Origin: Octopus sinensis
Taxonomy: Eukaryota
DNA length: 64,000 nucleotides
Assembly: GCF_006345805.1 (NCBI RefSeq)
Contig: NC_042997.1
Span: 148,924,001 to 148,988,000 of the forward strand
Direction of reading: 5' to 3'
Below the pieces are notes generated by a model. The model had not been told where the DNA came from. It saw only the letters and a program-made list of their open reading frames with translations, and did no database searches. Both the position numbers and the translations under genes were made by a program. Below, one piece after another: positions 12,861 through 24,609 of this stretch (positions are counted from its first letter, which is position 1; each line of letters starts with the position of its first letter).

Positions 12861-13341
12861 TTTTTTCTATTTATGTATGTATCTTTCTTTCTTTCTTTCT
12901 TTTGGTCTCTATGTTTATCTCTGCGTATAATTCTACAGTAGACGCAGGCTTGTATGTTCGTATATAGGAATATATGTAAGCATATATAACGAGATTTAAG
13001 AGGGAGATTTACATATGTTTACATACACGACTGTTCTTATTCATAGCTGTGTCGTCAGAAATTTCCGTTTCTATCGCATACTATATTATGTAAACAACAT
13101 AAGGCGTTTCTAAACTAAGCTTGTTCTGTTAAGTTTCTCAACGTATGTTGCAGTATCAAAAGAACACTATGTTTTAGGAAAGATGATATACAATTATATA
13201 TTCAATCCCTAGAAGTTATAAAACACGAATTTTTATGAAAATAATCATCATTGTTTATTATAAGAAATGCTACTTGTATTAGACTTTACTTACAAAATAA
13301 CTATACGAGTTCCGCTTTTCTCAACTGGACTACATTGTTTA

Positions 13342-13374
<33 letters not shown>

Positions 13375-13380
13375 ATATAT

Positions 13381-13444
13381 ATACTTACACATATGCATCT
13401 ATATACATACACACATATATAATATATACGCACAAACATATGTG

Positions 13445-13486
<42 letters not shown>

Positions 13487-13570
13487 TTACACATATCATC
13501 TATATACATACACACATATATAAATATATACGCACAAACATATGTGTATATAATATATATATATATATTA
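13381..13570. repeat. ~100-bp tandem duplication containing (TA)n
   Basis: atacttacacatat(g)catctatatacatacacacatatata..atatatacgcacaaacatatgtgtatataat occurs twice. Confidence 0.85.
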
Positions 13571-13652
13571 TATATATATATATATATGCACACACACAAA
13601 CACGTGTACATAGATAAATATACATTATGTACAAACACATATATACGTATAT

Positions 13653-13683
<31 letters not shown>

Positions 13684-14130
13684 CACATATACATAAATAT
13701 ATATATGTGTATGTGTGCATGTATGTATGTATTACGGAATCCTTTAAACAGATGTTGATAGCATATAAATAGTCGATGTTCTGACACGGTCTACTTCAAC
13801 ATGTTCGTAGTTACAAAATATTCAGTAGATGGTTCTCCTCCTAACTTCATTCCGTTTGAATAAAACGAGTTTACAACAGCTATTGATGCTGTTATTACAA
13901 ATAAATGCGATTGATTTGTGGACAGCAGCAAAAAAGAATATCAAAGCCACCATCATTAAACCACTACCTAAACGGAAAACACAACCAACATCATAAAAAT
14001 CTTGATCATCACGAGCACTGGAGTATGTTAATAAGTTTATATATTAATTTGTCTACACTGTCAACTGAGGAACTCATTTTATATATGTGTTTGTGTGTGT
14101 GAGTATGTGTGTGTTCGAGAAATATATATA

Positions 14131-14290
14131 TATATTCTTTTGTGTCTGGGGAGAGTTATTCTCTTTGAGGGCCTTATCATTTAACACACTCACCGGTAAA
14201 ATATCCACTTATTTCTTATTTTTATTTTCTAAAATTTTCGTTGCGTCTTGCAGTAAAGGAGAATGACTCTCCCTAGGCACAACAGAATAT
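14131..14290. repeat. Fold-back with ~37-bp imperfect inverted arms (MITE or Penelope-end derivative)
   Basis: tatattcttttgtgtctggggagagttattctctttga (14131-14168) versus taaaggagaatgactctccctaggcacaacagaatat (14254-14290). Confidence 0.75.
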
Positions 14291-14367
14291 GCTTTAATAC
14301 ACGAACTCATATAACGAATCTTGCAAACCAAATCCCAAAACGAAATATATATATATATATATATATG

Positions 14368-14640
14368 TTATTTACTATAATGCCCATACAGGGTTAAAAA
14401 AATGTTATCGACTCCCTTTTGATATAAATGTACCTCCTGGTATCTGCCAAACAATTATGGATATTACGCACGCAGATTCGGATTTCGCTGTACCTTAACT
14501 TGGTGACATACTAAAAAAATTGAATCTTGAGGCCAGCATGCTGCGCATGTTAAAAATGTGTTCGAAAGAATAAAATACTATGGATTTAAGCTCAGCGAGG
14601 AAAAGTGTCAACTTTTTATGCCAAGTATAACATATCTAGG
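14368..14640 (+). pseudogene. Ty3/gypsy reverse transcriptase remnant
   Basis: AHTGLKKCYRLPFDINVPPGICQTIMDITHADSDFAVP*LGDIL..HVKNVFERIKYYGFKLSEEKCQLFMPSITYLG matches the gypsy RT pattern RLPFG..AP..FQ..MD / YLDD / L..EKC.F...YLG. Confidence 0.8.
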
Positions 14641-15240
14641 GGTGGGTGTGGTTTGTGTTTTCCATTAATCATCTGTTTTCTTCTTTCTACCATCTTCCAC
14701 TCTTCTTCACTCATCTTTAATTCCTTTTCCACATTCTCCAGTTCCTTCCCGGCTTCTCCTTGGCTTCTCTTAGTCTATGAAGGACATTTCGGCTTAATGT
14801 GGCCACATTTGAAGCAACGTGGGATTCTGCCCTCCACCAAGACTCTTAACACCGCGTCTGCTATGGTCACCGATACTGCCAGTTTTCCTAAATTTTTTGT
14901 TGTGCTTTCCACAATTACATCTAAGATTTGGCACTTCCAGTCTGTAGCCTCTTTCGTCGTGGCTTGGAGGACGGCCAGTTCTTCGCTTACCACAGGTACA
15001 GCCGTCGCCACCCAAACCACATCTATTTCAGGTGGGATTCCTTCTACCTTAACACTGAAAGTCCTTCTTCCAAGGTACGTGGGTAAGAGGACTACATTTT
15101 TCTGTCCATAATGGGGTTACCGAATGCTCTTGAGCCTTCGTTGCCGTTTTAAAATGTACCTATGATTTAAAATGCACTTCTATTTTGTGCTTGAATTTCC
15201 TTTTCCGTTGACGAGATGCACTCACAAGGCGTCTACAATA
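14641..15240 (-). mobile_element. Degenerate ORF1/gag-like fragment with zinc knuckle (same family as 46110-47990)
   Basis: VLLPTYLGRRTFSVKVEGIPPEIDVVWV...VLRVLVEGRIPRCFKCGHIKPKC...EEEWKMVERRK aligns by eye to the 47177-47524 protein. Confidence 0.75.
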
Positions 15241-15244
15241 TATG

Positions 15245-15352
15245 AAGCTGCAGACCAAGTCTATTTTTACAAAATGTCCCAAGGTGTCTTTCAGTGAGAC
15301 TGAACTTTGAACCACGGAATTGGGAATCAAACTTCTTACATTAGCTGCACCC
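15245..15352 (-). mobile_element. SINE family B head remnant
   Basis: aatgtcccaaggtgtctttcagtgagactgaactttgaaccac.gaattggg..caaacttctta is an eroded reverse complement of the family B head/CORE. Confidence 0.6.
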
Positions 15353-16269
15353 TAAGTATCCCTCTGTTATTCAGACTTTCTAATAGACCGATCTACAAGG
15401 GAATATTGAGAGAGATCGTTAGGTATTAACTAAAACCCTATTAAAATATAGAATTTAGACACAATACACACGAAGCGAATGAAAACCTTGCATAATATTG
15501 GCGAGAACACAATCGTGAATTTAATAAATCTAAAACTAAACTCCGTCACCCCAACACATAAACGGATATTACATATTTATTACAAAAGTAATATGAAAAT
15601 ACTACTTCTTATCAACACACAATGTGAAGGTGAATCCGAGTACGAGCTCTGAATGAACTTTCGTTTTGTATTTATGTTGTTCTATCAAATCGATTCCATA
15701 TGCCGTTCGATTTACAGATCGTTTTATCTTCCAGTGTCTTTGTCTCAACATAGTGCTTCAATCGCAATCGCTCGTGCATACGCCAGCAGATCAGAGTGCT
15801 GACAATCAGAAATAAAAACGGTGTTTTCAGAAAATGTCGAAATCGTGATAATATTTAGGTCGACAAAAATCATTGACAATTGTGCTTTCATTTGCCGTTC
15901 AAATTTGAGTCTTTTTTCCACCATTCTTGTCACAAATTTCTTTCCCCTCTCCCTCTCTCTCTTTCTCTCTGCCGCTCTCTCTCTCTCTTTCTTTCCCTCT
16001 CTCTCTGTTTATATATATATATATATGTATACGAGAGGGTACGGAATTTTTTCTGGTTTTAAGAATATTACGAAACGCATTGTTGGAAATTGAGGAACTG
16101 CTGTTGCAATAAGTGTGTGAATCTAAGAGGGGAATTTGTTCAACAAAACCATAAGTGCGTGTTCCTGCTGAATTTTCTTTTACGCATGCCCAAAAACATT
16201 TCAGTTTCACCGGGTGGCCATAAAGTCACGCACCATCCTTCAAGATGCGAAATTGCTTACCTTCTCTCT

Positions 16270-16720
16270 TTTATCTCTTTTCACAACTGCCGATATTACT
16301 CACAAACCAATCTTTATTGGAGGTGGGCAGATAATCAGCAAGGCAATGGCAAGGTAATGGTGTGGAGTGGGATTTGGCACAATAATTTGATTGGACCAAT
16401 TTATATTGAGTTCTCTGTGACAGGTGATTCGTATCTGGATATGTATGGCAACAAAAGGATGACTCACGTGCATTCACTTGAAAGTGGAACTCCCGTCTGG
16501 TTTCAGCAGGATGGGGCTCCACCCCATTATGCATTTCCAGAGAGATGGCTCGGGTGTCGCGGCCCAATTGAATGTGCTGCACGATCACCAGATTTAACTG
16601 CCATGGGCTTTTTCATCTGGGGCTACATTAAATCCCATGTCTATTCTGAAAAGATTAGTGACCAAGGAGATCTACAAAGAATTGTTGTAGTGTGTTTTAC
16701 AATAGGACAAATTTATATTA
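16270..16720 (+). pseudogene. Tc1/mariner-superfamily transposase remnant
   Basis: KVMVWSGIW..LIGP, VWFQQDGAPPHYA, ERWLG..GP..AARSPDLTAMGFFIWGYIKSHVY. The N-terminal DNA-binding part is missing. Confidence 0.85.
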
Positions 16721-17442
16721 TTTGCTCTCAACCGAAGCAAGGTTCTACAAACTCAATGGCTATGAAGATCTACCAGTCATGAGGAGATTTAAAAAGAACC
16801 AGCACTGTTTGTCAAGCAGTGGTTTACTTCCTTTTGTGTCTACGAAAACTACTCAAAAGTTTTCGTCGGTCCAAGAAACTTGACAAAGGCGCCACTCAGT
16901 GGGACAGAAGCGGAAACAATGTGTTTACGAAGCAAACTTTTGACCAGATGACCACACCTGTCCTTATTACACACGCATACACACACACATATGTGTGTGT
17001 CTCTGTGTGTGTATATACCAGAAATAACATACACACATGTATGAATATAAGAGGTTGAACATTGCGCTCAGTATATTTAGCAGGAGTTACAACATATATT
17101 TTAATAGGTCTTTAAACAGTGGGCACGTAAACGAAAGAACAAAAACAAAAACGTACAAAATTACCAATTAAGTGGTCTTACTTCGATAGCATTACTAACG
17201 CATGATTTGAGCTGCGCAACATTGGTCTGGACACTTAAAAACCTTTTTGAATTTATTTTAGAATCCCCACCATTCTTGTAGTTATCTAATGTTATGGACT
17301 TGTCCTACACGGCCGAGGATCTTCAAGTCATATAAGATGAGATAAACTGTTAGGAAATATATATGCGTACTCACACGTACACACACGCACACAGACACAC
17401 AAATACACATGCGAACACAAACACACATACACACACGCACAT

Positions 17443-17489
<47 letters not shown>

Positions 17490-18954
17490 CATAGATATAT
17501 ACACATATATGCATACATACACAAATGCCCTAAGGCACTCATACATGTTTACATGTATTTATACATATAGGGACATACTTTAAAGTATGGATGAATGAAG
17601 TTTAGCTTTAACCTCCCCATTCTTATAAAATCCAAGAAGCTATGCAACTTGCTTTTTGATCGTGTGTGCACCAAACCACACGTGTGCGTATGCTTACAAG
17701 TTCATCGATGCAGGCGTTTATACATCCATATCTGTTAACGGTTATTTTTAATACATTTCTCGCTGTATTGCGTCTTCGTTTCTTTTTTGCATCTATCATT
17801 TTCTATTTGATCTTCTGTATAAATGAAGATATTCCGTTTTGCTGCTTTTCTTTCTATGAAGTGAGAGGATACATTACGGAGAAGTTATTTTAAAGGATTG
17901 TATTTATTTATCAACTGTTGAGACACATCTCTACCACTGGAAGCTCCTGCACCAGTCGTTAAGTGTCCCACCCGTGAGGGTCCGATTCTAGATGTGTCGT
18001 AACAATTGTAGTGACACACATATATATATGCATATAAATATATACAGATACAGAAACATTCAAGCTAATAATAATTACGATATTTCAGACATCATATTTC
18101 GTCTCAAATCAGTTACTACTGATACAACATTTGAGCGATGCGTTTTGAACTCTGTTCCAATTCAATAAGTTTAATAAAAGGCATTATCTGTAGAGTTTCT
18201 ATAGGATAATCTTTTGAAGAATAATTAATAATATTAAAACAAAAAAATTTGATGTAGTAAATGACTGATAACAAAATAGATCTCTTATTTTTTTGTGACT
18301 TTAGGTTTTTCCGAAATCTCAGACCATGCACAATAGGTCACAGGATATGAACAATCGAATTTTTATCTTTCTTTAGTTCCCGATGTTTGGAAATAGTAAC
18401 CAACAAATGCTTTTTTTTTCCTGTACTCACATTATCTCACTCGAAAACACAAAACTTTTTCTTGTACTGGCAGCAAAATTACAATGATGCAGCAATATAA
18501 AGAAATTTACCCAGAAAGATCACGCCAGTTCCCTAAGCAGTATCATCTTTTACACTTTGCCTAGTGCACATGTTACAAATTATTACACAATATGAGGATG
18601 CATTTAAAAGAAAAGAGGATGAATACGTTTAGTCCATAAATCAAAGCCAGAATTGAACCCTGTCGCCTGTACACATTCGGAAACATGCTTCCTGTTGAAA
18701 ATCGTAGATCAAAACATCGAAACATGGTAAACAGTTATATATTGAAAGCATTCCTTCTCTCTGAAACATGGCGCTAATTGTGAGAAATATATTATAATCT
18801 TATTCACCACTCCTCACAAATATCAGAAAAAAGTTACTCTGTTTATATAAACTCTGCTTAGTGTATTTCCAATAGCTTCTACATATCATATTCCGTATAT
18901 TGTGTAGACGGAAAATTAATTGAAACAAATTTTAAGAGCTGCTTTGCTTTTATC

Positions 18955-18955
18955 A

Positions 18956-19005
<50 letters not shown>

Positions 19006-19006
19006 G

Positions 19007-19055
<49 letters not shown>

Positions 19056-19241
19056 TATTAGATTATTATATATTATTAATTATTATTATTATTATTATTA
19101 ATGATTATTATTATTAATTATTATTATTATTATTATTATTATTATCATTATTATTATTTTATTATTATTTTTTTATTATGATTATTATTATTATTTTATT
19201 ATTATTATTATTATATTATTATTATTATTATTTTATTATCC

Positions 19242-19282
<41 letters not shown>

Positions 19283-19285
19283 GTT
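18955..19285. repeat. (TTA)n microsatellite, opposite polarity to the other TAA arrays
   Basis: Direct reading. Confidence 0.95.
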
Positions 19286-19919
19286 ATTTTTTTTACATGT
19301 TTTTATAAATGCGATATCAAAGTAGTAGAGATAATTCTTAGATAGCTAAATGTTTCCAAAATATGTTATAAATTACATAGAAATTTAGTTTACTTGCTGA
19401 GCAAGCATTAATCTTTGATAAAATCGGAATTTTACTAAATGTACTTTTTTCTTTTGGAAGAAGATGTTTATGTTAACAATTTGTTGCTGGTGGGAAAAAG
19501 GAATGAAGATTTCAACTTGTTTACGTTAGCTGATACTTTTTATAAAACGGTCTCTGCATACGAGCGTTCATACAGATCAAGCAGAGACACAGCATAAATA
19601 CGCTTATCTAATTTTATCGTCTCACAACTTAATCTCTCTTTCCCTACCTATTGCATATATGTGTATTGGTCATACATACATAATACATACATACATGCAT
19701 ACATATATATATATAATGTATATATATATATAATATGTTCTTATATATATATATATCTATATATATATATATATATATATAATACAATCACATCAAGGAT
19801 GGCCATAATGGCCATTCACACCACTAGAAATAACAGCCAAAGCTTCACCGCAAAAATAACATCAATTCCGCAAACCAGGAGAAAATTAAAAAAACATTTA
19901 CCCTGTAATTTCTTATACG

Positions 19920-20215
19920 TTCTAGGAGACCCGCAACCAGCAGAACTGAGAAAAACAACGCAGATATACCTGCAGCTTTGAGAGAAAATCTCCAGTCACT
20001 ATCCGTGAGATATCAGAGGATATCCAGGTTAGTTACAATTCAACTCAATCCATTATCACGGAAGATTTGTGTATGAGACATGTGTCTGCCTAGTTTGTGC
20101 AAAAATTGATTTCAGCTGACCAAAGCGACACGCGGGCTTCAGTTGCACAGGATCTCCTTGACTGTGTCGAGAACAATGAAAATTTCTTGAAGTCTTTGCG
20201 TAGTCTTCTGAGAAG
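19920..20215 (+). pseudogene. Mariner transposase N-terminal (HTH) remnant
   Basis: SRRPATSRTEKN..ALREN / VTIREISEDIQVSYNSTQSIITEDLCMRHVSA*FVQKLISADQ..R..VAQDLL..VENNENFLK matches the mariner GRP-HTH-WVPxxL region. Confidence 0.8.
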
Positions 20216-20694
20216 GTATCCCTAAGCTTTTGGCAAAATTTAATGCCTATTCTATGTTCACATTACTCTGCCATGGGAATGCGACAATCACACGATACAC
20301 ATGTTTATTCCAAGCATTGCTGTAAACAGCGGAAGTGACTTAGAACACAAAAACTTAGTGCGCATGTAAAGCATAGTTCATGATCAATCTGAGCTAAGAG
20401 GCTTCATTCTGCGTGCTTTAGCGTTGTTACTATGACAATAGATCAGATAAATTGTGCTCAGATCACCTATGTATATATATAAAATGTTTTTCAGAATAAG
20501 ATAAAAAAACCAAGGGTGTGAAGATTTTAGAACATTTATATAAATATGACTTACGTTGGACACCTTATTCGCATAATCAGCGAACCTAGAACTATGGTCT
20601 GTCCATAGCACTTATTCAGCATTACCTGATACCTTAGGTCTAATGTACACCATTACCATCATAACCTCCCATAATCCCCTCCCTCTCCTCTCTG

Positions 20695-20743
<49 letters not shown>

Positions 20744-22233
20744 CGTACATATGTATGTTTGCATGTGAATATTTATGTGCTTAATATATATATAAGAAAC
20801 ACCCATATTCAATCTTACATGTGTGTCTGAGTGAAGGACTGTGTTTGTGCCTATGCCATAGTGTGAGTTGTGTGTTTCAGAATAGGTGTGTATGTGCGTG
20901 TTTATGTGTATGTGTGTGCCCAAAAGTGCAGGTATACCAAATTGGGGTGATATGTGTTTGTGTACTTTGTTAGTCGATTATATATAAATACATTCTTGTA
21001 GAAAGTAGCAATGTTTAAATGCTATATACAATTATATTTTGTAGAATTAAAAAAAACATTAAATGTAATATTATGTTGTTCTATTCTGTTTTAATTATGG
21101 GCAAATTCTACATTGATTAAAATTTATATGAAGTGATACATAAATATATAGATGTAGAATGGTCGAACATGAGAATGCAGTTGACATCCACTGGCATCAC
21201 AAGACGCAGAGCGCGACAGAAAGATTATGTACTTTTTTCCGCCCCATTCTGATTGTTGTATGTAGGTATATGCGGATTTCTGTGAACATGGTTTTATTAT
21301 ATATATATATATATATCTTGCTGACTGTTTGTCTTTCGCTATCTATCTATCTATCTAATCTATATATGTATGCATACGCATACGTACAATCATATAAAGA
21401 TATGTGCGTATATACATTCCTGCATACACGAATATTTGTGTGTGCCTGTGTGTTTGTATAAGTATGCGCGTGTGTGTGAAGTGTGTATGTGTTTCTCTCT
21501 TCCAATCTCTCTATATATGTAGTATTTTTGTTTTACCATTTTTACTTATAGATATCTCTATAATTAAAATATACTGGAAGCAAATATACAAAGGTGATGT
21601 ACAGAGAATGACGAGACATCTGCATGTGATTTAGTATTATCATATAACATATGTGAGAAATCTCCAATGATATATATATATATATATATATTTCTATATT
21701 TGCCAGAAGCCTTTATGTACCGCTGTGCACCTTCTATTCAACCTTTCATTGAAAGAAGAAGTTCTATTTTACAACGTAACTTACATATGACATACCTCAT
21801 CAAACTGACATAAAATTTGCACCAGCATTTTTATAACTTTTTTATTTCATGACAGGATCACATATTTTCCAGTCAGTCCATCATGAATTATCGTATGCTT
21901 AAAGTGCACCTCACATCTGAGGTTCTCAGTAGATTGGTCACATGTTATGAACAATAGACTATTAACAAAAGAATATATGTCAATTACTAAAGTAGAAAGT
22001 GTAAATCAGATATACTTTAAAACAATTTCTGGTAAATCATTGATTTAGGAGACTGTTGTCCGAAATAAATATGCGTTATCTATATAAAGCAAATTTTTCA
22101 AGTCTGGTATTCTTACGTAGCAGTTAGGAGTGTTGGGGGTTATTTTAGAATGCTTAATATATTGTTTGATATTTTCTTAAAAATGTTATAGGGCAAACTT
22201 CACAGAGAGGTTGCTGGGTAGAAGATCATTCCA

Positions 22234-22296
22234 GATAATTATATTATCACGAAGATAATTATATTATCATGAAGATATTTATATTATCATGAAGAT
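22234..22296. repeat. 20-bp minisatellite x3
   Basis: gataattatattatcacgaa / gataattatattatcatgaa / gatatttatattatcatgaa. Confidence 0.9.
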
Positions 22297-22755
22297 TTTG
22301 TTGAAACCTATTGAAATAATCTATTGTAGGGTTATGCGTGGATGAACTTCCGATAAGTATCTGTCTTGTTGTATTTTTTCGATAAGCTTTTCAGAGGGAG
22401 GAAACAAAATATGAATATATCCCTTAGGCGGAAAACTCAACATGGCAATTTGTCGAAATTATAACTAATGTCAATGGCATCAATATTCTCTGGACTCTTG
22501 CAAAATTTACTTTTGGTTAATGGACGTGAAGAAAGACCCAAGATAATGTTTGACATGCTAGAAGTGATGCTGAACTTAAGAGGTGCCAAAATAACGGAAA
22601 TGCATCATGTTATAAAATGTTCTACTTTTAAACAGGAAAATGTGAATAATTTTGTAGAACTTATGAAATACGTTATATTTGCTTTATGAGAAATGCAACT
22701 AAGTAAATAGTCAGTTGTGCTTGGGATGCTGGGTACTCACTGCCTCTGAAGAAAA

Positions 22756-22958
22756 TTCTTTATACGATAGGTACAAGGTCTGGCATTTGGAGGGAGACAG
22801 CTAGTCGATTACGCCAACGCTACGGCTCAAATTATTATATAGACATGAAAAGATAAAAGGCAAATTTGATCTCAATGACATTTAACGTTAGAAGGTTAGA
22901 GAGACACACCGCTATATAATTAATCCAGCATAATAACGATTCTCACAGCTCACCGCCT
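22756..22958 (-). mobile_element. SINE family A (diverged, near full length)
   Basis: gataggtacaaggtctg...ctagtcgattac...aaaggcaaa...aacgattctcacagctcaccgcc, followed by (TAA)n. Confidence 0.75.
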
Positions 22959-22962
22959 GATT

Positions 22963-22979
22963 AGTAATAATAATAATAA

Positions 22980-23010
<31 letters not shown>

Positions 23011-23036
23011 AACAATGATAATAATAATACTAATGA

Positions 23037-23073
<37 letters not shown>

Positions 23074-23171
23074 GCTACTACTACTACCACCACTACCAAT
23101 ACTACTACCACTACTGCCAACACTACCAATACCACTACTACTACTACTACTACTATTACTACTACTACTAC

Positions 23172-23205
<34 letters not shown>

Positions 23206-23269
23206 GAAGACGAAGAAGAAGAAAAAGAAGAAAAAGATGAAGAAGAAAAAGAAGAGGAATAACAACAAC
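22963..23269. repeat. Compound trinucleotide array (TAA)-(CTA/CCA)-(TAA)-(GAA)-(CAA)
   Basis: Direct reading. Confidence 0.95.
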
Positions 23270-23962
23270 AATGCAACAAAAAAACAGGTGGGTTCAAGAA
23301 AAGAATGCATGGTCAATTTCATAGGGATGTTGAAGATAAGGCAGAGAAAAAAGATGGCTGTTGGAGACTAAAAGTGATTTAAAACCGGAAACGGAGATTC
23401 TAATCTGTGTTGCCCAAGAGCAAGCACTAAGAACAAACTACATAAAATACAGACTAGACAAAACAGCAGAAAGTGATAAGTGCAGAATCTGTCGAGAAAA
23501 CGGTGAAACCGTATGGCGTATTACCAGCCAATGTACGCAAATAACCCAGAGGAAATATAAGAGACAACACGACAATATAGTCAGGCTTGTTCATTGTACA
23601 TTTTGCAACAAGTATGGAATTGACGGAGCAAAAAATTTGTACGACCACAAACCTAAAGGCATTGTCGAAAATGGAAATGCAAAGATCCTATAGGATTTTA
23701 TGATTCAGTGCAACCATGAGATAGAGAATAGGAAGCCGGTCATAGCCTTAATTGAGAAAGAAAACAAACTATGCTGGATCATAGATATAACATGCCCAGT
23801 TGACAACAAGGTATGCAATAAGGAACAAAGAAAAGTTGAGAGATATGACAGGTTAGCTTGGGAAGTTAAGCAGTTGTGGTATTTAAAAAAGGTAGCAGTA
23901 GTAACAATAGCTGTCGGAGACCTGGGAACAGTGAGCAAAAATCTTGAGAAATACGTGGAACA
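23270..23962 (+). mobile_element. R4/Dong-clade LINE 3' fragment (CCHC + REL domain)
   Basis: EKRMHGQFHRD, LKPETEILICVAQEQALRTNY..CRICRENGETVWRITSQC..KRQHD, KIL*DFMIQCNHEIENRKP, WIIDITCPVD..KVERY, VVTIAVGDLGTV. Flanked by trinucleotide arrays. Confidence 0.9.
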
Positions 23963-24252
23963 ATAATGATAATAATAATAATAATAATATAATAATAATA
24001 ATAATAATATAATAATAATTAATAATAATATAATAAGAAGAAGAATAAGAAGAAGAAGAAGAAGAAGAGGAGGAAGAAGAAGAAGAAAGAAGAAGAAGAA
24101 GAAGAAAGAAGAAGAGAAGAAGAAGAAGAGAGAAGAAGAAGAAGAGAAGAAAGAAGAAGAAGAATTTTTCTACTAAAGGCACACGACATGAAAATTGAGG
24201 ACAGGAGAGTAGTCGATTTCATGGACCGCAGTGTTTCACCGGTAATTGATGA

Positions 24253-24293
<41 letters not shown>

Positions 24294-24389
24294 ACTACTA
24301 CTAATAATAATATAATAATAATAATAATAATAATATATAATAATAATAATATAATAATGATAATAATAATAATGATAATAATAATAATA

Positions 24390-24461
<72 letters not shown>

Positions 24462-24608
24462 CAATAATAAGATACTGCTGTGACTACACATAAAACAATA
24501 TCATTGATGATGATGGTGGTGATGGTGATGGTGATGATGATAATGATGATGGTAATGGTGGTGATAATGATGATAGTGATGGTAATGGTGATGATAATAA
24601 CAATAATA
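23963..24608. repeat. Compound (TAA)/(GAA)/(CTA)/(GAT-GGT) arrays interrupted by a SINE fragment
   Basis: Direct reading. Confidence 0.9.
24165..24245 (-). mobile_element. SINE family A 3' fragment
   Basis: tttctactaaaggcacacgacatgaaaatt..gtagtcgatt.catggacc.cagtg. Confidence 0.7.
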
Positions 24609-24609
24609 A

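Noticed and set aside
14605-15111. 168-aa + strand ORF
   Set aside because: Antisense shadow of the minus-strand gag-like fragment.
16090-16782. 230-aa ORF as an intact transposase or domesticated gene
   Set aside because: It is a chimera of flanking sequence and a partial DDE domain, lacks the DNA-binding region, and has altered catalytic-motif residues.
22234-22296. Regularly spaced 20-bp repeats as a CRISPR-like array
   Set aside because: Head-to-tail with no spacers, in eukaryotic DNA, with no cas genes.
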